Origin: Paraphysomonas bandaiensis
Taxonomy: Eukaryota; Protista; Chrysophyceae
Assembly: GCA_965644295.1 (NCBI GenBank)
Contig: CBFFRP010000217.1
Coordinates: 248,001 to 312,000, forward strand
Direction of reading: 5' to 3'
DNA length: 64,000 nucleotides
Each line of letters starts with the position of its first letter. The first letter of the stretch is position 1. The notes under the pieces are model-generated. The model saw only the letters and a list, made by a program, of their open reading frames with translations. It had not been told where the DNA came from and did not search any database. Below are positions 49,808 to 62,889 of the stretch, one piece after another. Both the position numbers and the translations under genes were made by a program.

Positions 49808-50148
49808 ATCACTGAAGTTAACTTTGCTCTACACGTAAACCATAACCTTGCTATGTTGAACACAATGCACTTTCAAGAAAGAAATTATAATTATTATTCT
49901 GAACACTTCACTACATATTCGTGTAACATATGTTGAAACATCTGTTCTTAGCAACATCTGTTTATCATATATGTTCATCAGTCAGTTCTATATCTTATAT
50001 AGTCACACTTCAGTAACTGAATTTAATTCCTTTGTACCTATAATCACCCGTTACACCTATGGGTTGACTTCACCTATTACACACTGTTAACTCACTTCAA
50101 TTGCACAATATATATCACATCATATTGCAGAACTCAACAGAGATGATC
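49808..50148 (-). repeat. Old solo-LTR-like relic distantly related to the intact copia LTR
   Basis: Ends CACTTCAATTGCACAATATAT...CAGAACTCAACA, compared with CACTCAATTGCAAGTATAT...CAGATCTCAACA in the LTR; patchy similarity elsewhere; no TSD found. Confidence 0.45.
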
Positions 50149-51398
50149 TAATGTATCTGAATCTTTAACTTGAAAGCCATTATTATAACAAGAAGTATTC
50201 AGATCCTATTGCGATATAGCTATGAAGTACGAAACAGTTCCACAACAGTCACAGCAAATTCTTTCAAAATGCGGTTTGGTTTCGTCAACAACCATTTCAG
50301 TGCGTGTGAGGTCGCTGCATGTTGTTGTCATATCTGTGCATTATTGTAATTGTTATAAACATGAGTGACACTGATAACCCCCCCGACGGCAAGAATTCAA
50401 GACGTTTGGTTCGAAGGGACCTTGAAGATATATATGAATACTTTCTTCAGAGAATGAAGAAGAGTGAAGTTCTGTCTACATCAGCCTAATAAGTAACTGG
50501 ATTACATCCTTGTAATAAGGTTATTGTACCTGATATCACGTCGTGATCCCCCAGCTTGTTGGATAATGCATTGCATACCCTTCTAAAGTATTTTAATGCA
50601 ATATCGAACTTATGCACCACGGGTATTTAGCAGCAGGCCGCTTAGAGCCAGCTGTAAACCTCACGCTTAAAAGCATCTTATTTTGCTCTTAAAAATATCA
50701 GAGCATCGAATACCTTCTTGTTTTATGGTACCTCCAGAGGTAGCCGCTCACTATTATTGCACCGTGATTCTTGTAATTTATACTCTGGATGAGTTCATAG
50801 TGTGTCCATACAATAATTTTGTGGTCTTGAATTTAACGCTGCTTTAACGGAGTTCAATACAGTAGGTAAAAACAAAACTGCCAAAGTCAAGGGAGACTTT
50901 CAAATGATGGTGATGAAGCTACCTTTGTACTTGTGTACGACTTAATAAATTTAGGTCACAAGTGAATTTTATGAATGCCGGAGCCTATTCTGATGACCAT
51001 ATGGCCGACACACCAACTTTCCAGGTATAATTTTGATGGGAAGGTACCTTAGAACACTATAGTAATATAGCTTTCATACACTTAGTATTGCGGGTCAATG
51101 GCCGATGACTTAGGGCTTCTGACTACTTTGTAACTCATTCATTTTCGACGCCTAAACCCACAGTCCAGATTATGTTTTCAACAAGATAGTCAATTACGTG
51201 GCCATATACCTGACCAATACATACTAGGCCGTCAACCAACCAGAACACGGATAAATTACTTATTATAAAGCTCACTCTAGCACATGAAGTTGTCAATATA
51301 TCTTTTAATAACAGTCGCACTGAAATGTCGCTCTACGTAAGGGTGTGCTATAAGAAAGAGACAGATAAAAAGCTCTATAGTTATACTGCTCGCTATAA

Positions 51399-54300
51399 CT
51401 ACCCCCTTGATGTCCAAATACTCTATTACAATATTTTCTGCAATGAAATTAGGCGGTAATAGAATACAGTGTATACGTCTACAGATACCTGCTTTTTCTT
51501 CATGGAGAAGCTAACCGTACCAGTACTAGGCTTCTGCTTCGTCACCATTGGTGAAACGTTAGCTTTGGTTGATCCATTGGTTGAAGCTACCTCCTGATGA
51601 AGTACCTTACGAGTGAATATGTTACCGTCAATATCCTCTTCGCCAGTTTCAAATTTCGGCATAAGTGGAGGCAAATCAGGTGAGGTGCATCTGTTTTCCG
51701 CCTCAAAACTTGAGCTACTTGCTGTACACTCATCGGTTGGTGTGTGACCGTTATCTCCTTCATCAAAATCGTCGTCATACATTTCACAGAGCAGGGACAG
51801 AGACGACTTGTGCTTGGCGATGGATGATACTACTCCAGAAGATGTATAGCACCCATGGCCTTGAGCTCTGCCTATATACTCCCTTCCTCCAGACAAGGAA
51901 CTGGGCCCAACAATTGGTTCTTCACTTTCGCTATCACTGTCATTCTCATAAAAATACGCCTCTTCTGATTCTAACTCTGCAAACTCCCTGTTCTGTTGCA
52001 AGCGCTTCATCTGAGATGGATCTCCGAAAGAAATAGAGCTGTTACTTCCACAACTAGACACCGCGCGATGCTGATTTTTAGGTGCAGAAATATTCAAACT
52101 TTCAATTTCTTTATATGTAGAAAGTAGTTTTTCAAAAATTTCCGAATGAAGACCACCGCGTGCATTGTACTCTCCATAACGAGGACCTCCACAAGCGTCC
52201 TTCGACTCATCTCCTTCACACAACAAAAAGTCACTTGTGTGCTTCTCAACGACGTACGACACCAGCATGTATATTCGCTCCACACAAATGAAATCTATCA
52301 GCTCTATGATCGAGGAAGTGACGAGATTGTCTCTGGAGAAAATTGAGCTGAATAGCTTAAATACCGGTTGCAGAATGTCAAACTTAACAATATGCTTGTA
52401 ATAGAATTCGTCTTTGATTGCTATAACAGCTCGAGCAAACTTCAGAGCAAATACATGCATATGTTTGTAGCGGCTTTGCAGAAGTCTTAAAACACGTGTT
52501 AGGGCAGAGTTCCGAGATATGAAGCACTTCATTCTGTACACGTGACCTCCAACACATAGGGAGAAGATTTCACACAGGAATCGCCTTGATGATGATATTG
52601 ATGATATGTCCTGAAGAGACTGGAAATATTTTACGCTGTTTACGATATTCACGTCGTCTGTCACCAATGGTCCCTTCAGAGCAGGAGGACAAATGTCGAT
52701 TCCTTCGTCCGGAAGTCGATCCTCGTCAACAAAGGGAACCAGCATCCATTGAATATAATACCCATAAAATAGAGCCATGAAACGCTCCTTGTGGTCTTTA
52801 TCCATTTTCTCGGGATCTAATAGGGACTTCAGAACATCACCCAAATGTTCAACCACTGCTGTCTCCTCATCACACACAATACGTTCGATTATGATAAACA
52901 ATATACAGGTGTCATTATAGTGTCTATGTGCACGAGTCATGTCAACTTTATACGCAGGTGGTACATCGGCTAATCCACATGGAGTCGTCTGAGGCTTCGT
53001 AGTATAAGCTGGGGGCTGTGGGATAGGGTCTTCCAAAATACTTTGTCTAATATAAGCAGGACAAACCAATGCGATACTAGCCAAAATTTCTGCAGCCATT
53101 AATCGCATTTTGGCAAGAGCGGAGGGCTTCACACCCCGTCGTTGACAAAGAGTACGGGATACAGCTGAAAACAACGGCACACGCAACTTCGTTAAAAGCT
53201 CGATATAGAGATTGCTCCTAATACATCAGAAATAAAAATAGGACAACTATATGTAAAGTATAATACCGCGAGTCGATGGACACGTATCGCGACATGAAAA
53301 ACAGCTCACGCAGTAATCCGAGACAACCCTTCGCCTTTTCAAATCGATCAGAGTCCGTTTCCAAGTCGTTACCACCAAAACCACCGCATCTATGTGTATC
53401 ATCACCTTCTCTGCATATCGCATGCTTGCTACACTTAGCATCACTACCCCAATCCTCTATGTGTTGTAACACTTTTCCAAGGTAATTGGTATCCTTAAAT
53501 ACCTGTTGATATGTAAGAATGTTTATTGTGTACTAAATACTTCAATACCTCAGTACATACAGTAGCCTGGAGATTGTGGAGCATACTGTTCATTGCCATT
53601 GCTCCTGTTTCGTCTAAATGAGGACTACCACAAACCAAAGAGTAAGTAATCAAATGACCACTGACACCTTGATTCCAGCTTACCGAATCATCACATCCTT
53701 CAAAAGCTTCATTCTGTGTAACTGTAACACGAGGCCGCTAATATAAGAGCTACCAAACGCTTCTCCAATTACACAGCGCGGCCCCGCAGGTAAACGCTCC
53801 ACATCAGCACGATATGAAGCTTTACATTGCAGCAGGGGATCATATTCGAGCGCACCAGCAACCTTTGGGAATATATCATCCTGTACAGAAACACGCAAAG
53901 GCAGTGAAGAACAGAAGACTGTTTATTGACCAACTAACCGACAGAATAAGGTCTATCACTTGAGTATCATTCAAACACACCATTCCTCTGATAATCTCTG
54001 CAATCCTGATAATAAAATACAATTAATATAACATCGTTTACCCAGGAGAACATTTCACCTCCTACATGCCGTAGTATTTCCAGACCTATCCAACTCCACA
54101 TTTAAATCTAGAAGCTTCTTTAGATAGCGTCCGCTCTGCAAGCACACATTACATGTAAATGCTACTGGTGCGCAATAAGTGCGATATATTTCACCTGATC
54201 AAGAACTATAGAAGCATACACCTCCTTCTGCGAGGGAAACGCGGAAGATAACTTGTCCTTGATTTCTTCCAGATTACTTGCGCATACTTCCGGCAGGCCA

Positions 54301-54889
54301 ATATACGACGAGACAAGGTCGTTTTCCAGGGTAGAGGGGGAGTAATCAATATCGGAGGAATCGTGGCAGACAGTCGTCGATACAGGGCACCTGGTTGTCT
54401 GAGCATCCCTAATACCTTCCCTGTGCAAAAACATGAGCTACTAATCGTATCAGCAACGATGCCCATCACCATATTGCGTCACAACCAGCCGGATCTTGAA
54501 AGCTCAAAGCATAGTCAATGTCTTTTATAGTAACCGGACAGTGCTCTCGCCACATAATTATACTCTCTGTGAAGTAACATTTCAGTCAAAATTACAACGC
54601 AAACACGATCTGACCTCCCTGTCTCTCGTAAGCATCTTCATACTTAACTGGAGATTGCAAAAGAAGAGACATGTCGTCTTCTCGTCTAACAACTATAGAG
54701 GCACCGCTTATACCGCTACTGTCAACAGTGGTCTGAACACAGCGACATCATGAGCAGCAGATCATAACACATGTTGCATCTTACATGCAGATAAGACACG
54801 AACCCCGTCCCCTTGTCGATCCATAAGCCCTCTCCATCCAGCTGGTATAACTTCACCCTCCAGGTGTCTACTATCGTCTGCTCTTGCAT
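51399..54889 (-). CDS. PPP4R3: Protein phosphatase 4 regulatory subunit 3 (SMEK/Psy2), multi-exon
   Basis: N-terminal EVH1/PH WRVKLYQLDGEGLWIDKGTG; VAGALEYDP; LLKDVMI; ALKFARAVIAIKDEFYYKHIVK; DNLVTSSIIELIDFI. The last small exon is inferred. Confidence 0.9.
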
Positions 54890-55122
54890 ACAGAGACAAC
54901 AGACGACTCAATGAATTCACTCGATTCAACAGGAAACCATAAGGATCATAACTCGATCTCCATCCATCACTGATTACTCGCCAGATACGTGAACTCTATA
55001 CACGCCCTGCTGCTCATTAATGACTCTGCCGGAGTCGGAATACAGCACACCACCCTACAAACAACTAACTTCTTGAAACCAATTCTTCGAAATACGCATA
55101 CGCAGACAGCAGTACCTGCAGA

Positions 55123-55210
55123 GTACATACCGACCTACATACTGCTGTACCTACCTACCTACCTACCTACCTACCTACCTACCTACATACATACATACAT
55201 ACTTACATAC

Positions 55211-55241
<31 letters not shown>

Positions 55242-55379
55242 CATACATACATACATACATACATACATACATACATACATACATACATACATACATACAT
55301 ACATACATACATACATACATACATACATACATACATACCTACATACCTACATACCTACATACATACATACATACATACA

Positions 55380-55413
<34 letters not shown>

Positions 55414-55482
55414 CATACATACATACATACATACATACATACATACATACATACATACATACATACATACATACATACATAC

Positions 55483-55513
<31 letters not shown>

Positions 55514-55850
55514 CATACATACATACATACATACATACATACATACATACATACATACATACATACATACATACATACATACATACATACATACATACAT
55601 ACATACATACATACATACATACATACATACATACATACATACATACATACATACATACATACATACATACATACATACATACATACATACATACATACAT
55701 ACCTACATACCTACATACCTACATACATACATACATACATACATACATACATACATACATACATACATACATACATACATACATACATACATACATACAT
55801 ACATACATACATACATACATACATACATACATACATACATACATACATAC

Positions 55851-55881
<31 letters not shown>

Positions 55882-56096
55882 CATACATACATACATACAT
55901 ACATACATACATACATACATACATACATACATACATACATACATACATACATACATACATACATACATACATACATACATACATACATACATACATACAT
56001 ACATACATACATACATACATACATACATACATACATACATAACATGCATACATACATACATACATACATACATACATACATACATAACATGCATAC
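55123..56096. repeat. ~970-bp (TACA)n microsatellite with (TACC)n start and scattered variants
   Basis: Directly visible tetranucleotide array between the divergent PP4R3 and DysF genes. Confidence 0.99.
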
Positions 56097-56372
56097 GTGT
56101 ATCTGAGGTGACTTGGTGTTGCGCAGGTGTGTATGATATCCAGATTACTATAACCTCTGATCTCATCGTATACTTTGCCATCCTATGATTGGATTATACT
56201 CTATATCAGTAGGAGTGTTTTAGAGGGTAGCGTATAAGTGGTGTGTATACTGTGAGTGTTTAGATGCATATCTGTTAGTGTATCCGGGATGCCTTCCTAC
56301 CCATAACACACACACAGACACACACATACATACATACATACTACAAGCGTAACATACAGAGCAGAACATAAT

Positions 56373-59300
56373 ATGAAACTAAATTTTCTAAATCCATTTA
56401 AAACTAAAAAACAGATCCCAGAAGAGGATGTGTGTAAGGCGGAGAGGGGCTCTGAGTCGGATGCGTCTAGTGTAGAGACCGATACGGCTGATTTGTTTGT
56501 AGTTATGGAGCACGAGAGATGGCGAGTTGATTTAGGATGGAGCCATAGGAATCTAGAGGTGGGAGACCCAAAGAGATTTGTGTCTAAGTTGCATGAATCG
56601 AATGAAGACTTAGAGCCGATGCTGCCCCCTGGTTGGGTGTATGTGAATGAGTGGTACTGTTGTCTTGAATGCTGTGTGTGGTGTATCTTATTCGTGATAT
56701 TCTGCAGGAAAATAGATATGAAAGTTCCCGGTGCTGATGATGGATGGCTCTATGCATACGACTTCCGTACCCTTGACGGCACGCAAAGTATGAGTGGTGA
56801 TAAGTTTTATGTGCGTCGTCGCAAGTGGGTACGAGGAGTGGGCATCGCTACTGGGGAGGGTAGTGTTGCTGGTGAAACGGAATCCCGTGACGAGTATACG
56901 TCTGTCATTAGCGGAGAGGATGGGGAAGGGCCCCGTCTTGCTCTCACTAGTAGACATGATGAAGATGCTGCCGTGGAGGAGTTTGTGCAGGAAGAGGATG
57001 AGGAAGATGAGATACAAGACGAGGACGTGGAGGCTATGTTGCATAGCACAGCAGCCCTAAAGGCGAAGGTACACGTGATTCGAGATCCAGCACTAATAGC
57101 AATCGGGAAGCAGATGAAAGCAATCGAAGCAGAATGTAAGAAGGCTGATGAGAAAAAGATGAAGGAATGGACCAAGACCATTGCTCCTTCCTACAAAACC
57201 ACTATAAGGGAACTAGACAAACGAATTGATGCCCTTAGAAAACGTATCAAAGCAGAAGCAGGGGTTGGAGATGCGCACATTGCCCTGCTAGAGGAAGAAC
57301 TTCAAGCTCACTTAGAGGTACAGGATTCAACGAAGCGGAATCTCTATTTCCCAAACAGTGCGCTAGCTGTGGGGAGCGCGGGGGTGTACTTTGCCCTAGA
57401 TGATTTCTGGCTGGAACAAGCCTCTGGCCAGTTTATCCTCGATTTGGTGCCCTCAAAAGAGAGTCCCCAGATAATTCTCCTTCTTACTGGAACATCGGAC
57501 AAGCTAGAATCTGGTAGGATTATATGGTGGTGTACACATAGACATTACATATATGACTGAATCTGTGCTGCAGGAGTATCATTTCGTTTGAAGATTGGTG
57601 GCTTTAAGCTGCGTGGTGACAGCGGTAAGGGCGTTCCTCGACTAGCTCTAGACTCATTGAAAGTGACGATGACTTTACGTGTGACCATGATGCTCACCTA
57701 CAGCGTTTCCCGCAAGTGTTGGATGTCATCGGCTCAGGATTTTAGGGTGGAGATGCTGTACTTTAAGGGGCCATTTGGTCTCAGTCGCAGTGTTGTTGCG
57801 GGTACCCTAGCTATAGTAGTGCCTATTCTACGTGGACAGCTGCTATCTGCACTCCCATCTGAACTAGGTCTATTTATAAGCTCCTTGCCCTCTCCCATGA
57901 GTATACGTGGTGAGTTTGACATCCAAGGCACTGAACTGAAGCACCTTAGCCACGCAATGTTTAAGTCCTCCGAGATGTGTGCCCTAGTGGGATACTCGCC
58001 TGAGCAGCTTCTAAAGTTCCTCGCTATACAGAAGAGCATAGACAAGTACGCAACTTCACTAAATCTTTTGTTGTATGCCTTAACCGCGTTGTCATTTATA
58101 CTATGCTGATTCGTTCGTTTCTAACTTCAGGAAACCATTACTGAAAACAATGCAAGACTTGCTAAAATACAGGTACGTGTTGATGGTAGTTTGTTTAAGA
58201 AGGCAGTATTTCACTACGGATATAGGCGTCTCGGAACAACTCACCATAAGCAATGGGATCAGCTTCGCGTTCTTTGGAATCAGGCTGCTGTGCTCTACTT
58301 TGATAAAGTATATTGTGTATTCATGTCTGTATATTGTATTTTTACTGACGACGTGTTAGGCATCCATGGACAGTTCTGTGAGCAGCCATCAAGACACCAT
58401 GCCGATATCGTTTGAGCGGCTTCTGCAAGGCACAGACGAAATTCTTCGGAACCCCCTCGCTGTCAAGTTTACGTTGCATGTATGCCACGCCATTGTCCCC
58501 ATTAATATGTGTAGATTATTACGTTGTATTGAAGTATTCACACCAGAAGTGTCAATTATGTGTCAGCTATGTATCTAATAGATGCGATATGTCTTTAGAA
58601 TCTGGATGGACAATTCAGCATGCGCAGTGTTATAGACAACACACAGCTGATCTTCGAGCGCTGGCGAGACTCCAAAAATTCCTCTCAGGACATCGGGCAG
58701 CTAGTTATGTTATTGCAGAAATTTAATCAGCAACTTGACCGCGCTCGTGATGCCTTGGCGCTTACTACCTATCACCTTGACTTCATTGATCTAAGACTAG
58801 CACTGAATATGTTGGCTGGAGCTAAAGGAGAGCTTGGTATGGCTACGACACTGTCGTATGGACATTGATGCACATTGAGAATGTATTTATTTATTATTTG
58901 ACCTAATGTGCGCACAGGTATCACGATTAGTGATATACTGGCGCAAGCACCACTTGCAGTGTGGACTGCGATGCCCAAAGATCTGAGTTTTGGCTTCGAG
59001 GCTCCCGTACCATTTGTAATTACAGTGCGACCGAAGGATGAGGGAAATATCGACATCGAGGTACAAGCAGTTGTTGTGTCGGTTGATGTATAAGCCCCAT
59101 GCTGTTACATGGGTTGTACTTCGTAGTAATTGGCAACGACTCTTTTTTTGTTGCAGTGATCTATAAGTATATTTCAAGTGATCAATTTGTCCCTTCTACA
59201 GGTATTCCATCTTGGTAGCAAGGAGATTCAGTACAGGTCGGAGTTTGCCCAATGGCAGATGAAACAGGATGCAGTGAAGGAAAAGCAACAGAAACAAGCA

Positions 59301-61092
59301 TTCAAGACCACTACATCTGTAATGGGAGACTTTCCCGATGCGGCGTGTAGTACTGGTTCTGTTTGTGGGGATGTCAAGGCGGATGACAGATTCAATATCA
59401 GTGCACCATCAACCCCTGATCGCGGCACTCCCATTCCCTCTGCAGATGTCTTTAAGGACATGTTAGGATCTTCAGCTAATACCGTTGGCGGTATATCACC
59501 AGACCGTGGTAGCCCATTTGCCATAGAGCGACAAGCCACCTACCAGTCAGAGATCTCCGAGGCAGCAAGTGAGGACTATGCGGCCCCATCAGTTGTAAGT
59601 ATGGAGAGCGACGACCCCACCCCGTCAACTCGTTTTCCGGTAGCGTCCGGCAGAAATCGTGCAGTTGGAACTATTTCTGGGGGAGGACCCATGCGACGTC
59701 GGTCGGTGCTAACAAGCGCGCGTACGCGGGGAAGACAGACAGAACACTTCACCAGCTACTCTGAACGACAACGGCGGGACCTTGAAAAGACTCTTCAGGG
59801 AAGACCACGGCCGAGAGAAGCACATCGAATACTATCTGTTCGTGTATTACGGCCGCACATGTCAATAATTGTGGACGCTCCTGTCACTCTAAAGCCGGGG
59901 TCTGAACTTTTCACTTTCAGAGTGGGGCCATTGGAAAAAGACTGGAAGCCTTTCGGATATGAGTCCGAAAGGCGACCAGCGCACACCCGCTCCTCTCTGA
60001 TTAACAGACATGCCTCTGTGCTTAATCTGGCCAGACCCGAGGTTGTCCAACAAGGAGACACAGAAGGGAGCGCAGCATCATCTGTTGGAAAGAATTTAAA
60101 GGGTGAGTATAAAGTACTTATTTTTAAACTTGTGTTATACCTGTACATAGCTGGGTTATATGATGTTGACGACGAAGAATCAGACTTTGGAGCGGAGATT
60201 GTTGAGACCGATGGATGTCCTGTCTTGGTGCAGACTTCGGGCCACATAAAAGTGTTAGCTCAGGTGATATCTCATGCTAATCATGTACTGTTTGTATTAA
60301 CTTTATTTGCGTTCTTTTTCAGATACCCAATATACAAATTAGTTTTCATCTCGCACGGTTGCTCAGATTTTTTTCACTATACTTCGACAACATCGACATT
60401 TTGCGGTCGTATTTAGGAATTACCAGTGAGAGAGCGAAAGAGGAAACTGAAGAATACATATACTTATTTAAGGTGCGTGGGTAGACTTCTATTGGCCTCA
60501 TGCTATGAAATTGTCGTTGATTTTGATTATCGCACACAGGTGCTTGTGGATAGACTTGGAAAGTATCTTCTCTTACCTAATTTAGAGCTATCGGTCAATA
60601 TATCGACCAAGGTTACATTATATATTTCTGTATACAAAATATAAGTTATGTAATGGCATTGTGATTTAGATTGTCGCTACCGATCAGGATGTGAATGTTA
60701 CTTTCGAGTCGAGCACTCAGGAGGGTGGTGGACGGTGTGCTCCCGCTGGTGGGGCTGAGATTAATGAAGGTATAATTGTCCCATAATGAAATTCTGTACT
60801 GGGTATACGTGTAGAATATGATGAGATGCCTGATTGTTCATTTAGGCGATATTGAGGGAAGTGAAAATAAACCGAGTGCAATTTATCTCTACGTGAAGCT
60901 CAATGTGATGGATGTGATCGCAGACGCAGTGGCGATTAAAAATTCTCTGCTCAGATGTGCTCAGGTGAAGCGATACGACTAATACTTCTACTTGTTGATG
61001 TAAATACGCAACAGGTATATGAGCGCCACTGTGAAGAGGATGCTGCGGCGCCTGAAAAGTTGCAAAAAGACGAAAATACATCTGAAAATTGA
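56373..61092 (+). CDS. Large multi-exon protein with an N-terminal DysF (peroxin/ferlin) domain
   Basis: EHERWRVDLGWS...LPPGWVYVNEW/KID...DDGWLYAYDF...VRRRKWVR; acidic linker, coiled coil, then a beta-rich region; stop TGA 61090-61092. Confidence 0.8.
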
Positions 61093-61404
61093 TTCGTTTT
61101 TCTAATGTTTGCTGGCGATAAAATGCATGATATTGTAGATAAGATTTGTTGTGACTTCAATTATAGGAATATATTGTGTCACATATCTTATTCGTAGCCA
61201 TTGAAGCACTTAATAGTCACTGTAGATTTCCTCTGTTGTCTCCATATGGTATATATTTCTGCCAAATAACTCAGTAACTTCTATCTTTTACATTTTCACA
61301 GTCGTCACAACAGCGTCAAAAATACTTCAACCTACCGTTTTTGTATCATACTAATCAATGTAACCTATCCATTATCAATAGCGCTCGTTAAGAGTAGAGG
61401 TTAG

Positions 61405-61784
61405 TGTTGGACACTTGCTTAAGAGCGAAACTTCAAAAAATGGGAATTTTTTAGTTTTGTTGCTTGGCAAGCGATTAAAAGCTGTATATTAGAATATGGA
61501 TCTTATTCTAGTATACTCAGTATGTCACTTGAAGATAATGTACGAGAATACAGTGAAATATAGTGATGTACAAATGCTGTGATGATATATATTGAGAAAC
61601 TGAAATAGTTTGATCTTTCAAGATATGTTTAGTAACGAGAGATTCACATATGTAGGAGATTATTCGTGAAACAAAATGAGTTTTTGTTGCTTATCACAAC
61701 TTCGTGTAAACGATATTAATAAATCTATCTAGTCTAACGACAAATTCTCTCTGAGATCTAGTTAAGTATGAGCAATTTCCAACA
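61405..61784 (+). repeat. LTR-like relic related to the LTR at 9401-9676
   Basis: TGTTGG...CCAACA ends; 20-bp identity ATCTATCTAGTCTAACGACA (61723-61742 = 9616-9635); shared GAAACTGAAATA; no TSD. Confidence 0.5.
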
Positions 61785-62247
61785 CTGTATTATGACCTCT
61801 ACTAGAAGAGTATAGTAGTGGTGTAGTGATATTAAATTACGTTAAGTGATATATAGTGAAATTATGATGTTGTAGCACTGTGATTGAGGAGACACCTCAA
61901 TCACCAACACTGATATTCTGTTCTACAAATCATATCTTTAACAGTTACTATAATTTCAGTTTCTTCGTATAATTTTAATAAGTGATAACACGACATGATA
62001 AGAGTTATGTTGGATAAACTAAAGTACTTTCTTTGACTAAGATATATAAGACGGTCTGATTATTACATGAGAACGGTTGTGTACAGAAACTAGTTTTACA
62101 TCTATAGACTGACTAACGACTGGACTTTCTATTTACTACACTAGTGGCGGGCAACCGTCTCGGGACTGCTTGTGCATCACTGCGAGCACCATACTGAAAA
62201 CGACCATTTGACTAAGATATAAGATCGTATCCATATCTATGATCTGA

Positions 62248-62663
62248 CCCTAAAAAAGTTGGATTCGCACCTCTTCGTGGTGTTCTGGGTTCTGGGGGAT
62301 AAGTACCGGAATCAGCCGCATAATATATATAGTCAGCAGATATTGTTCTGCCCACTCATAGCTAAATGCTTGTGTAGTGCAAGGAACACTAATACCAATG
62401 TCGACGTCTTTGGGCTTTTTGGGTCCTGACGTATAAGCAGGCATCACCTCAAGGGAATCCGGGCTGTTCACCTGAAGTTAGCAGATGTCAAGCATATCAA
62501 CATTCTGCATGCTCACTGCATAGCTGTGAGTGGTAGAGCGACAGTGATTGCACCTTGGGGGTTGCTGTGACGCACAAGCAGCTTTCGTAGCGTTAAATAG
62601 TAGAATATTAGAGTTAAACACTGACCCTTTAACGCCAATTGCTAATAATAATACATTCACTAC
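62248..62663 (+). mobile_element. 5'-truncated, decayed non-LTR retroposon (REL/CRE-like), copy 2
   Basis: 12-bp flanking direct repeat TCTATGATCTGA (62236-62247, 62664-62675); colinear with about 30719-31240; SADIVLP...VDV remnant. Confidence 0.65.
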
Positions 62664-62889
62664 TCTATGATCTGATTATATTGATTGGTAGTTGAGAGAA
62701 GATATATAATTGTAGTGAAAATCAATGAATGATGAGACATGTTTATTATAATTTTAATAATTGAGTATTGTGTGTATGCAACGTTATTTCGCCATCTGAT
62801 TATGTCAAATGCTGATAAGAATACATAGTTAAAGTTTCAAAGTAGCCTCTTGATCCCAGATCATTGCTGAAGTGATTAATATCAGCATA

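Noticed and set aside
50200-51350. Coding-like fragments (e.g. MSDTDNPPDGKNSRR) between RSPH and PP4R3
   Set aside because: Short, broken by stops, and not assignable to a family.
54989-56188. 399-aa HTYI-repeat ORF and antisense MYVC-repeat ORFs
   Set aside because: Translation artefacts of the (TACA)n microsatellite, which lacks stop codons in most frames.
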